From an uncultured Desulfobacter sp. (GTDB taxonomy: Bacteria; Desulfobacterota; Desulfobacteria; Desulfobacterales; Desulfobacteraceae): a stretch of 64,000 nucleotides of DNA. Where the stretch lies: contig OY762069.1 in the NCBI GenBank assembly GCA_963665095.1, positions 3,264,001-3,328,000 of the forward strand, written 5' to 3'. How positions within the stretch are numbered: the stretch's first letter is position 1; every line of letters begins with the position of its first letter. Shown here in pieces: positions 31,976 through 42,398 of this stretch. The position numbers and the translations under genes are program-made. A model generated the notes under the pieces. It ran no database searches. It saw nothing but the letters and a program-made list of their open reading frames with translations, and was not told the DNA's origin.

Positions 31976-32734
31976 TTAATTTTTATCTGTCCATAAACAA
32001 AAAATTTCCCGGGGAATAGCCAGATCCTGGCCAATAAAAACCAGTTTGTCCTGCCCCTTTCCAGCGTATGCGACCTGCTGCCATTTCCCTTACACATAAT
32101 CGCTTTTGACGCGCTCCCCGTCATTCATGGTGACGATGTACTTTGCCCTGAATACTTTGCCGTATATCCCCCTGGCCAGGGAGGTAAAAACGGATTGCAG
32201 CGCTTCTTGGGCAACCGGTTTGGACGGATGACGGGCAATGGCAGCAAGGTCCGCCTGACTGCCTTCCTCACTTTCAAGATGGCTGAGCAGGATCACATGG
32301 GCGGTTTCAATCTGATCCTTATAAAGCGCACCGCCCATCTCTTTAAAAACCGGGAACATGGTTATGTCTATAATGGTGATCACTGAATTGATCTGGGCCA
32401 GGCTTTCCCGGAGGGCCTCATTACAGGCCCGGACAATCTCGTTGGGACGGCATAGGCCCGTGGGTTCGATCAATATCCTTGACGGATGCAGCTCCTTGAT
32501 CATCTGGCGGATGGCAACGACAAAATCGCCATACAGGGTGCAGCAGATGCACCCGGAGGTGATCTCTTTGACATGGGTATCAAATCCGGACAGAAGCTCG
32601 CCGTCAATACCTGTTTCGCCACATTCATTTTCTATGATGACCACTTTTTCATCAAACGCTTCTGTGAGCATCTTGTTGATCCAGGTGGTTTTACCTGCAC
32701 CAAGGGATTCTGCGATAATGTCAATTTTTACCAT
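31976..32734 (-). pseudogene. CobW/COG0523 metallochaperone GTPase, degenerate
   Basis: LGAGKTT, IENECGE, GCICC, IEPTG; apparent internal deletion and TAA at 32090 before the KLVFIG C-terminal motif. Confidence 0.75.
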
Positions 32735-32737
32735 AAG

Positions 32738-33691
32738 TTACTCCAGACAGGCTGAAATCATTGCATCAATGTTTTCAGGCTTTGTGTTATGGGGAAGTGT
32801 GCAGGCCCCGCTCATGATAAACCCCTCAGGGCCGAAATCGTTTATCTGTTTTTTTGCCTCTTTGTATACATCATCCGGGCTTCCCACAGACATGAGCGCC
32901 GGGCTAAGATTGGCCGTCATGCATATATGGCCGCCCAGGATCTCTTTGATCTTATAAATGTCTGTGAACCCGTCACTGTCAAAAATGCACCGATGGGCCG
33001 GGAACTCCTTGAAATAGTCAAGCATCGGGGTCCAGTTGGCGTCCATATGGAAGAAGGGCATGCCCCCCACTTCCAGAACGGCGTTGGCTTCGGTCATCAC
33101 ATCAAGGGTCTCCTTAACCTTGTCCGGCATGCGGTGCACATCACGGATAAAGCCGGTAATGCCACGGCCGGCGTACAGACAATCATAAATAATGGGGCCC
33201 ATCATCGGGGTCATATTCACGCAGTCAAGTTCCCTTAGCCTGTCATCGGTATAGGGCATGTACTCAACCATTGCCATGAGATCTTCTTCGGTGAGATCCA
33301 GGTAGGTTTCAAAATAATATTTCTGGTAGTATTTCCATCCCCTGGAAAGGATGATGTCGTAATCTTCAGGCTTCATGCAGGCGACTTCTTCAATCTGCCA
33401 GCAGTCTGTGGGTGCCAGCTCATGGCCGGGCATTCTGGCCTTGGACATCCACACAGCGCCTGATCCTTTGCCGGGCGCAAAGCCCAGGACGCTGACCGCA
33501 TCCACATGTTTCATCTGCTTTAAGGCATCAAAACAGCGATCAAGTGCCCAGGGAAATTTGTCCACGTAATCTGCCGGGACCGCGTCCGGTTCAACATAAT
33601 GAAGAAATGCAAAGTCTCCCGAAAGAAAAATGGGGGTACGATCGGTCTTTTCGCCCCGGACCGCTTTTTCAATACGCTCTTTTCCACTGAT
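32738..33691 (-). pseudogene. Uroporphyrinogen decarboxylase-family (methylcobamide methyltransferase-like) protein, degenerate
   Basis: Frame open to ATC-SGKERIEKAVRGEKTDRTP (start apparently ATG>ATC); FHMDANW, GFIMSGACTLPHNTKPENI; apparent deletion near TEAN/AVLE. Confidence 0.7.
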
Positions 33692-33706
33692 AGTCTCACC
33701 CGTGAT

Positions 33707-34336
33707 CTACACCCCCATAAACGCTTTGGCTTTAACAACACCGTCCTGGGCGCTGTTGCAGAAAGCATCCGCACCTGTGTGTTCCCGAACCTGCTCATTG
33801 ATTGGCCCACCGCCAATCATGACCATTTTGCCTTGGGTCAAGCCTTCAGCGCGAAGGGCATCCACGGTGGTCTTCATACTGTTGAATGCCGTGGTTAAAA
33901 GACAGGAAAGTCCGATGATATCAGGGTTGTTCTTTTTAACCTCGTCCACAAACACGTCAGATTTTACGTTGATGCCGATATCAACCACTTTAAATCCGTT
34001 GGACTGCAGCAAAGATCCTGCGATGTTTTTGCCAATGTCATGGATATCGCCTTCAACCGTGCCAATCAGAAAAGTCCCTGCGCTGCTTTTCTCTTCAGCG
34101 CCTGTGTCATCTCCGCCCATGGCCTCAACTGCCTCTTTGAAAGTTTCTCCGGAAATAATCAGTTCGGACAGAAAATAGTTGCCAGCTTCAAATCCGCGCC
34201 CGACATCGGTCATGCCTTTCTGCAGTTCTTCCAGCACCATAGCCGGTGCAACACCTGAATCCAGTGCAGATCGGATTTCAGGAAAGAGAAGATCCTCTTT
34301 TAAATCAGCCATGGCGTTATAAAGTTTGTCACCCAC
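33707..34336 (-). CDS. Corrinoid (B12-binding) protein of a methyltransferase system
   Basis: YFLSELI cap, GTVEGDIHDIGKNI (DxHxxG), GLSCLLT, IGGGP. Confidence 0.92.
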   Translation of the reverse strand: MGDKLYNAMADLKEDLLFPEIRSALDSGVAPAMVLEELQKGMTDVGRGFEAGNYFLSELIISGETFKEAVEAMGGDDTGAEEKSSAGTFLIGTVEGDIHDIGKNIAGSLLQSNGFKVVDIGINVKSDVFVDEVKKNNPDIIGLSCLLTTAFNSMKTTVDALRAEGLTQGKMVMIGGGPINEQVREHTGADAFCNSAQDGVVKAKAFMGV

Positions 34337-34612
34337 TTGTAAAACCTCACTTTTGTTAATCTGTTCGGGGGGTAGTCGCTCATATTCTGAATTGATCAGA
34401 ACAAAATTTTGCCAGTTGCTGCCAGAACAGCACGATCTGTACCAGTTTAAAAATGATATCAGAGCCTCACCTATGAACAATTAAAGGTAATTTATTGTAA
34501 TTATGAAAAAACAACACGGTTAGAAATGACACAGCACCAAAGGAAAACAATGATATCCGGTTCATTTGCTGAAATCCGGTGATATAAAACATCAAAAAGT
34601 ACGTTACAAATT

Positions 34613-35929
34613 CAGTAGTGTCCGGTTAGGTTGTTGCATATAAAAAACATCTAAAATTATTCAAAAAAACGTCATTTTTATGTTGACAAATGTGCGTAAA
34701 AATTTTTGCGCGCCTTGAAAAATTTTATCAAGGAGCCCAAATGACGCGCATTTCAATTACCAAAGCCACAATACAGTCCCTGAATTTTGACAAGTTTCGT
34801 GACCCTCTGATAAGGTCGTTTCCAAAAGCACCAGAATTGAAATCTCGAGGAGACCGACCGTTAAAAATGACATTCGAAGACCAGATAAATGCCCTGATTT
34901 ATTTCCATCTGCAGGAACACAAATCAGCCCGGCATTTAGTCCAAGATCTCAAGGAAAATATTTTTGCCAAAGAACATATTGCTCCGGAAGGCGGTATCAG
35001 CCGCAGTAGCTTTTGCGAAGCAGTCAACCACCGAGGGCTTGAACAACTGCAATTTTTGTTCGAAGACCTTTATAAACAGGCTGTTGGGTGTCTACCAAAG
35101 GAGCATGCTGAGTTGGGCGATCTGGTATCCATTGACGGCAGTCTTATAAATGCTGTTCTTTCAATGCATTGGGCCAACTACAGGAAAGGAAGCAAGAAAG
35201 CCAAAGCACATTGCGGATTTGATATTAATCACGGCATTCCAAACAAAATATTTTTGACAGAGGGCAGTGGAGCTGAGCGTCCTTTTGTTCCAAAGATACT
35301 TTCCAAAGGGCAAACCGGTGTCATGGATCGTGGTTATCAATCACATCACGATTTTGATCTGCTTCAGGCGCAGGGCAAGCATTTTGTTTGCCGTATAAAA
35401 GCCAAAACAACCAGAACGGTAATTGATACTCACGAAGTCAACGCTGACAGTTACATCTTTTATGACGCGCTGGTTCTTCTTGGCACTCCGAATCAAAACC
35501 AGACGAAAATGCCGGTTCGGGTTGTTGGCTATAAAATTGCCGGTGTGAAATACTATGTGGCAACGGACAGGCATGATTTAACAGCAGAACAAATAGCGAC
35601 CGTTTATAAACTCCGGTGGACCATTGAAGATTTTTTCAAATGGTGGAAAGAGCACCTAAAAGTTTACCACCTCATTGCCCGTAGTGAATATGGCCTCATG
35701 GTGCAAATCCTTAGTGGCCTCATCACGTACCTGTTGCTGGCAATCTATTGCCGAAACGAATTTAACGAGAAGGTTTCTGTTAAAAGGGTTCGACAGCTAA
35801 GAACAGCCATCTTGAATGATCTGATCGAGCAGAACCAGGGTGCGACTGAGGGTTTAAACAGAGACAATATTGTCAAAGATCAAAAAATCACAAGTACAGC
35901 GTTAGCAAAAACATAACCGGACACTACTG
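34613..35929 (+). mobile_element. IS4-family insertion sequence
   Basis: Perfect 16-bp terminal IR CAGTAGTGTCCGGTTA / TAACCGGACACTACTG; no target duplication. Confidence 0.92.
34741..35916 (+). CDS. IS4-family DDE transposase
   Basis: SIDGS, VMDRGY, YKLRWTIEDFFKWWK (YREK signature). Confidence 0.95.
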   Translation: MTRISITKATIQSLNFDKFRDPLIRSFPKAPELKSRGDRPLKMTFEDQINALIYFHLQEHKSARHLVQDLKENIFAKEHIAPEGGISRSSFCEAVNHRGLEQLQFLFEDLYKQAVGCLPKEHAELGDLVSIDGSLINAVLSMHWANYRKGSKKAKAHCGFDINHGIPNKIFLTEGSGAERPFVPKILSKGQTGVMDRGYQSHHDFDLLQAQGKHFVCRIKAKTTRTVIDTHEVNADSYIFYDALVLLGTPNQNQTKMPVRVVGYKIAGVKYYVATDRHDLTAEQIATVYKLRWTIEDFFKWWKEHLKVYHLIARSEYGLMVQILSGLITYLLLAIYCRNEFNEKVSVKRVRQLRTAILNDLIEQNQGATEGLNRDNIVKDQKITSTALAKT

Positions 35930-36511
35930 AACCAAACATCTTTTTTTGACGGTTTTTATAAAAATTATCAGATAGTCGGGTACAAATTTCATGCGTTTTT
36001 TCCAGAACCAGATCAAGAGGCAAATCAGTCTGGAATTGTGTCGGATTTCCCAAAAACAATCCTGCACATCTCAACTCTTCTTCTATTGTCCTAATGTCTC
36101 TAACTCCACCTTGAAAGCCGCTTGTGACTTTTATGTAGTTGATGCCCAACATCTCTATAAAATTCACTAATCCAGGGAAAAATTGATGGGTATTTTTAGG
36201 AATAGTCATATGAAAAGGCATCCCATAAAACGATTGGGTTTTTTTTTACGCCAGGCGTTGAACAGAAATTCGTGAATTGGGATTATTGTGTCATTCGTGC
36301 ATATCTCCCAGTAAACCAGCCCACTGAAATGATCTCTGATCAGGAAATGGATGATATGTGTTTTCTTCTGATTTTTATAATCCCCAAGTTTTATATCAAA
36401 AGGTTTCTTTTGATATTTCAAGATCCCCTTGCGCGTAACATAAAAATGCTTTGACGGGGTTACAATAAGTTGGTGCACTTCATTGGAATGACGGGATTGG
36501 TAGCGCTTCAT
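35930..36511 (-). pseudogene. Hypothetical gene coupled to rhuM, frameshifted and truncated by IS4
   Basis: ATGA overlap with the rhuM stop; ORFs 36206..36511 and 35880..36221 join near the 9-T run 36239-36247; runs into the IS4 end. Confidence 0.55.
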
Positions 36512-36996
36512 TGATCAATACGCCCTTGCTCATTTGTCTGAATTTTTTCTTCGAGTTGTTTTAATTCTTCTATGTCTTCGTTATCTGCCTGGATGGCTTC
36601 ATAAGCCTTCCGTTTGTTATCAAACAATTGATAAATTTGTTTTACCTTTTCTTTCATAGCCGAACTGCTGACTTTTCCCTTTCCGGTGAGCAGGGGTTGT
36701 TCATTGAATTCCAAAATTCTGTCCACATTTTCTTGCCAAAATTTCATAGTGATATCGATCCTGTTTTTTGCCCTTAACTCTGCGGTTTCAAGAAAGATGA
36801 CAACTGTAGATTCCCGAAATAACCTGAACAAAAACCCGCCAAATTTTTCATATTAAATTGACAAAGTTCCATTTTTCTCAAATTATCCTGTACAGGTTCT
36901 GATCAAAGCATTCTGACAAAAATGAAAAGGGCGAAAAGCTTTGCAGAGCCTCGCCCTTAAGACCGGGATTTATAAAATCCCAAAACAACCATAAAA

Positions 36997-37443
36997 ATGA
37001 TAATAAAGGTCAAAGCTGATATCAAGCAAATTTTCAAGCAGGGCAAAAATTTTACATGGCCAAAACCGTCACGATGTCCACATTGCAACGACTCCAGGCT
37101 GTGGGGACACGGCTTTGTACTCTCCTTTTTTGATGGATTTGATCAAGGGGTGTATTTGAAGCGATATCGCTGCCCCTATTGCAAAACCGTATTCAAATTG
37201 AAGCCATATGGTTTTTTCAAGAGGTTCCAGGCCAGTATCTGGCAAATCCTTACCAGCATTATGAGTCGTCTATACACAGACCGGTATCTGCCGGAACTCT
37301 CCTGGAGTCGACAGCATTTTTGGTTTACTGCATTGAAACGAAATATAGCGGCCTACCTGTCCAACAGTTGGGACAAAGGTGTGGTTGCTGGTTTTATCAA
37401 GCTAATCGGTATGGGTAAAATCCCGGTTACCAGTTCAATTTAA
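36997..37443 (+). CDS. Zn-finger accessory protein of TnA (DUF6431-like)
   Basis: CPHC...LWGHG...RYRCPYC. Confidence 0.7.
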   Translation: MIIKVKADIKQIFKQGKNFTWPKPSRCPHCNDSRLWGHGFVLSFFDGFDQGVYLKRYRCPYCKTVFKLKPYGFFKRFQASIWQILTSIMSRLYTDRYLPELSWSRQHFWFTALKRNIAAYLSNSWDKGVVAGFIKLIGMGKIPVTSSI

Positions 37444-37546
37444 CCATGGGGCTGGATCAGGGTTAAACCACCCTACCGAAGGCTGTGATTTACCGAAGGA
37501 TCATACTGTCATACAAGCCCTTAGAACCAAATTTTAAGGAGGAAGT

Positions 37547-38803
37547 ATGACAGAAAATCAGAAAAAAGAGGTTGCCGTGTTCAGGTTTGGGGTCATTTGT
37601 GAATTTGTGACCGGAACAAATTTTGATTACGGTGAAAAAGAACGAATTTTACAGCAGAAGTGCGCCCGCAAATGGTCCATCCCGTATTCTGGAAGGACCA
37701 GGCTTTCCAGAAGTACGATTCTGGGATGGGTCCGGCAGTATAACGGTCGAATAGAGTCTCTTTACCCCAAAGACCGTTCAGACCAGGGAAAATCAAGGGT
37801 ATTCGATGACGAGACTGCATCTCAACTAATCAAACTCCGGTTAGACCAGCCTGATGCGACAGTCGATACATTGATCTGTTCACTTCAAAAAACTACATGC
37901 CAGACATACAGTCCATCCAGTGTATACCGTTTTTTACGCGGCCGGGGGCTAATGAACACGGCCCGGCCAGAGGATAGAAGAAAGTTTGAAGCCCCGCACC
38001 CCAATGATATGTGGCAAAGCGACGTCATGCACGGCCCTACAGTCCTGGTTCAGGATAAGCAAAGAAAAACGTACCTGATTGCCATTATGGACGATCATTC
38101 CAGGCTGGTTACGGCTGCAGGTTTTTATTTATCTGAGAATCTGAAGACCTATCTTATGGTGCTGGAGCAGGCTTTTTTGAGCCGTGGGCTTCCCCGCAAG
38201 CTGTATGTAGATAACGGTCCTGCGTTCAGATCCCATCATTTAAAATATGTAGCAGCGTCTCTGTCCATCGCTTTAATCCATGCAAGGCCATATAAGCCCC
38301 AGGGGAAAGGTAAAATCGAGCGCTGGTTCAGAACGGTTCGGCTTCAGTTTCTGCAAAGATTTACAGGTAAGACCCTGGATGATCTGAATGGGGCATTTGA
38401 GAAGTGGCTTCATAATGAGTACCATCAGCGTAAAAACAGCTCCACAGGCGAATCACCGTTTAAAAGATTTACCTCGGCCATGGAGTGCATCCGTACCGCC
38501 CCACCGGATCTGAAAGACCACTTCCGCAAAACCGCCCGGCGCAAGGTGGCAAAGGACCGAACCATCACCCTTGACGGCAACATGTTTGAGGCCCCGGTTG
38601 CGCTGATCGGCAGACATGTGGATGTAAAGTACCATGAGGACACCCCTTTGCAGGCTGAAGTTATCTATAAAGCAAAGTCTTATGGCTTGTTAACCCCGGT
38701 GGACCTTGCTGTGAACTGTCGGGTCAAGCGGCACCGCTGGAACGAAAATGATATCCGGATTATGCCTGAACCCTCAAATTACAAGGGAGGGCAACTGTTA
38801 TGA
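37547..38803 (+). CDS. DDE (rve) transposase with Mu-like C-terminal domain
   Basis: WQSDVMHG, DDHSR, YVDNG, GKIERWFRT. Confidence 0.92.
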   Translation: MTENQKKEVAVFRFGVICEFVTGTNFDYGEKERILQQKCARKWSIPYSGRTRLSRSTILGWVRQYNGRIESLYPKDRSDQGKSRVFDDETASQLIKLRLDQPDATVDTLICSLQKTTCQTYSPSSVYRFLRGRGLMNTARPEDRRKFEAPHPNDMWQSDVMHGPTVLVQDKQRKTYLIAIMDDHSRLVTAAGFYLSENLKTYLMVLEQAFLSRGLPRKLYVDNGPAFRSHHLKYVAASLSIALIHARPYKPQGKGKIERWFRTVRLQFLQRFTGKTLDDLNGAFEKWLHNEYHQRKNSSTGESPFKRFTSAMECIRTAPPDLKDHFRKTARRKVAKDRTITLDGNMFEAPVALIGRHVDVKYHEDTPLQAEVIYKAKSYGLLTPVDLAVNCRVKRHRWNENDIRIMPEPSNYKGGQLL

Positions 38804-39609
38804 GTGAAATGTATCGCACCTTTTTTGGCTTATCCAGGGAGGCCTTCCCGGCGCAGATAGAAATTAATGATATCCTGGTTACCCCGGAGGTCTCGGGCGT
38901 TAAAAATCGGATTGATTATTCCTTAAGACTTGGCTGCAGTGCGGTTATCACAGGGGATGTGGGCAGCGGAAAGTCCACCGCCTTAAGGTATGCCGCCTCA
39001 TCCCTACACCCTTCGGAATACAAAGTCTTTTATGTTACGGCCTCAAGCGGTTCCATCATGGAACTTTACCGGCAGATTGTTGAAGAACTGGGCATAGAGC
39101 GGACATCGACGTCCCGCGCTGTTATGATCTCCATTATTAAAAATGAAATACGTGAATTCGTCCTGGGAAAAAAGATCAAAACCGTTTTGATTATAGATGA
39201 GGCATCTCTGCTTCGCATGGAAGTCTTTGCCGAACTTCACACCCTGGTTCAATTTGAAAAAGACGCCATGCCCTGGCTGCCTGTGATCCTTGCAGGTCAG
39301 CCGACATTGATAGATAAGCTTCAGTACCGGACGTCAATCCCGTTTGCATCCAGGATTGTGGCTAAAAGCCATCTGGATGGTCTGGATGTGGCTGGAATGA
39401 AAACTTACCTGATCCATCATTTAAAACTATGCGGCGTTGACACCAACTTTTTTTCTGACCAGGCGGTGACTGCGATTCATCAAGGCTCCGGCGGCCTTTT
39501 ACGAAAGGCGAATAATCTTGCCAGAGGCTCATTGATTGCTGCTGCGGCAGAAAAATCAATGACGGTATCTGCAGAGCATGTCCGCATTGCTTCATCGGAG
39601 ATTTTTTAA
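38800..39609 (+). CDS. ExeA/AAA_22 ATPase (transposition helper)
   Basis: GDVGSGKST, LIIDEA, ILAGQ. Confidence 0.9.
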   Translation: MSEMYRTFFGLSREAFPAQIEINDILVTPEVSGVKNRIDYSLRLGCSAVITGDVGSGKSTALRYAASSLHPSEYKVFYVTASSGSIMELYRQIVEELGIERTSTSRAVMISIIKNEIREFVLGKKIKTVLIIDEASLLRMEVFAELHTLVQFEKDAMPWLPVILAGQPTLIDKLQYRTSIPFASRIVAKSHLDGLDVAGMKTYLIHHLKLCGVDTNFFSDQAVTAIHQGSGGLLRKANNLARGSLIAAAAEKSMTVSAEHVRIASSEIF

Positions 39610-41663
39610 GAAAAAACAGCCATAGAGCAGAATATTACGATTTCGGTGAAACGGAGCCGGGCTCTGCTGAGGAGCAACCTGGTAAGGGATAGCCGGAAGC
39701 AGGCAGCATTGAATAATGCGCCAGGGGAAGTGGGGATTACCTGCTTCCCCTTTCTGCTTTATTCAAGCTGTTCTGCCTATGCCTTAAAAACCTACTGAGA
39801 AGGAGCGCAGCGACTTCTGTAGCTGTCTTAAATAATATGGAAAAGATTTAATCTGTTCAAAATAATTAGAAAATTTAAGTCAGGATAAAATGCGACTCAA
39901 CAACAACCAGTCGGTTCAAGGTGTCGATTTCATCTGTGTTCAGGTAATTTTTAGCAATAAAAATATCCTGTTTCCTCACCACACTGCTTTTCCAGGATGT
40001 CAACGCCATATTGGGTTTGTCTGCATCTGCTCGGTCTAATACGATTTCTGCAGCAGTCTGACCGGTAACTGCAAAGAGTAATTTATTCTGGGTTTCGGCA
40101 AAAAACATCTGGGTGGCTTTATCAGTCTTGTCATAGTCACTGCTTAAGGCAAATAGATCCCGCACCTTCTGATAAAATCGCTTTTCAGAAGCGCGGATTT
40201 CGCGAATACGCTCCAGGAGTTCATCAAAATAATCAGGTCTTCCATCAGGATTTTTTAGGCGTTCATCATCCATGACAAAGCCCTTGATCATATATTCTTT
40301 CAGGTTCTGGTTTGCCCAGATCCTAAATTGGGTACCTCTTTTGCTACGGACTCTGAATCCGATTGCCAGAACCATATCCAATGCGTAAAATGCCACATTA
40401 TAGTCCTTGCCGTCGGCAGCAGTTGTAAAGTAATTCTTTACAACTGAATTTTCCTCTAATTCCCCTTCTTTCAATATGTTGGAGATATGTTGGCCGATAT
40501 TTTGTTTGGAGGTGTCAAAAAGTTGGGCGATTTGATTTTGATTCATCCAAGCCATGCCGTCTTTGGCATATAACGAGACAGATGCTTTGCCGTCTCTGGT
40601 ATTATAAATAATAATATTTTGTTGGTTGTCTTCCATTATCAATCCTCTTGTACCTGCTTTATCAATCTAACTCACCAACATCAGAATTTATAATAGATAA
40701 TACGTCTTGTAAAAACTGTTGCGGTCCACTGAAAAAAAATTTGTTAGCCCAATATTTCATTCATGCGCTCCTGGAAATAGCTTGGGTATTTCTCCATCAC
40801 CGCTCTGGCTCGGTCCCGATTTTGTCTTAGCGCTTTGACGAGATCCTTTTTTTGAGTCGCCGTCAGTTTCATAGATGCGATGAGATCCTGAGAGATGATC
40901 CGGTCTGAAAAACCAAGCTCATAAAGAGCGATAGCAGTTTCCGTTGGCAGGCCATATTTAAGGCGCTTTTGGAAAAGTTGTAGACGATTTATTGAATCGC
41001 CTGTTCCGTCACGCTCCAATATTTCTACAAATTCACAAACGGCACTCACAAGAAGAGCACCATCATAGGCAATGCCGCCCTCGCAGATATCAATAATGTT
41101 CTCGAGTTTGACTTTTCTGGGTCTCTTTCCTTTACCAAGCCTACATTTATTCTTATCGGCAATTAGGAAAAGCTCATGAAACTGAGTCCCAAACATCCAC
41201 TTCTTTGTGATATCTTTCAGGATATTTTTCTTGTCGAACTTATTGAAGGCCCTGTTGTGGATATGACGCTCTATTAATGGCCAAGTGATCTCAAAAAGCT
41301 CCTCTTCACTTTGAGCGGCAAGCAATGTATCTGCATTATCTTTTACCCACGTCTCAATATTTATGGCATCGTTAACACCATAGAGTGTTTTACCAAACGC
41401 TTTCCTGCGATTAATATCGGTAATGTATTTTGAGATATTGTCAGCCAGTACCTTGAACAGCTTTAGTATCTGCTCACGCTTTTCCTCGTCGGCCAAAAAA
41501 TATGCTAAAGTTTGTTCTGCCAACTCAGCAATATCCGCTTCCGAAAGAGTACTCTCACCTATATTGTCAGGCGGGGCGTGAACATGTCATAAATCTCCCG
41601 GTTTAAAAATGTAGGCGATTAAAGGGCCGGCCTCCAGATGCATGTAGACCGGCCTCGGCTTTG

Positions 41664-42398
41664 TTATTCTTCCGTCACATCTTTCATTCTAAAACTCTTA
41701 CCCTCAATGACCACAGGCTCGGTGTGGTGAAGAAGCCTGTCCAGCAAAGCTGATGTTAATGTCATGTCATTGTTGAAGATCTCCGGCCAATCTTTGAACA
41801 CCCGGTTTGTGGTTATTATGATGGCTCCTTGCTCATAGCGCTGACTGATAATTTGGAACAACAGGTCTGCCCCAATCTTGTCAATGGGCAGGTAGCCCAG
41901 TTCATCCATGATCAACAAAGTTGGCTTGAGGTATTTTCTCAGTTCCTGCTTTAACTGACCCGCCTTCTGGGCTGCCACCAGATTGTTGACGATATCAATG
42001 GCAGAAGAGAACAGAACCGTATGGTTTTTCAGGCAGGCCTGGTAACCTAAAGCAGTCGCAATATGTGTTTTCCCAACACCGACCGGGCCGATCACGATAA
42101 TGTTACCCTTTTCTTCAATGAACTTGAGTCTGAACAGATTCTGGATCTGAGCCTGATTGATTTTTCTGGGCCATGACCAGTTGAACTGGTCCAGGGTTTT
42201 GATTACCGGGAACTTGGCCATACGGATACGGCGCTGGATGGTTTTATCATGGCGCAGTAGTGATTCATGCCTGGCAAGCTCTGATAGATATTGAACGTGG
42301 CTCCATTGCTTCTGGGCAGCCAGGGTAGCCACTGACTCATAGTTTTCCCTGATATAAGGTAGTTTTAAGTGGGACAGGCATTTCTCAAGATCAGGCAT
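41664..42398 (-). CDS. istB: IS21 helper ATPase
   Basis: GPVGVGKT, LIMDELGY, IITTN, LLDRLLHH. Confidence 0.95.
   Translation of the reverse strand: MPDLEKCLSHLKLPYIRENYESVATLAAQKQWSHVQYLSELARHESLLRHDKTIQRRIRMAKFPVIKTLDQFNWSWPRKINQAQIQNLFRLKFIEEKGNIIVIGPVGVGKTHIATALGYQACLKNHTVLFSSAIDIVNNLVAAQKAGQLKQELRKYLKPTLLIMDELGYLPIDKIGADLLFQIISQRYEQGAIIITTNRVFKDWPEIFNNDMTLTSALLDRLLHHTEPVVIEGKSFRMKDVTEE

Larger units (their letters stand above)
36805..39902 (+). mobile_element. Three-gene DDE + ExeA-ATPase transposon (Mu/IS481-related), element TnA
   Basis: Ends TGTAGATTCCCG / TGTTGAGTCGCA (revcomp); 5-bp duplication ACAAC at 36800-36804 and 39903-39907. Confidence 0.88.
36508..40642 (-). pseudogene. rhuM: Virulence RhuM-family protein interrupted by a transposon
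   Basis: IGFRVRSKRGTQFRIWA, YFDELLERIREIRASEKRFYQK; removing 36805-39902 plus one ACAAC restores TLNRLVVIFLETAEL. Confidence 0.88.

Noticed and set aside
39630..39819. Conserved module as a guide/bridge RNA matching the insertion sites
   Set aside because: No convincing complementarity to the rhuM or methyltransferase target sequences found by eye
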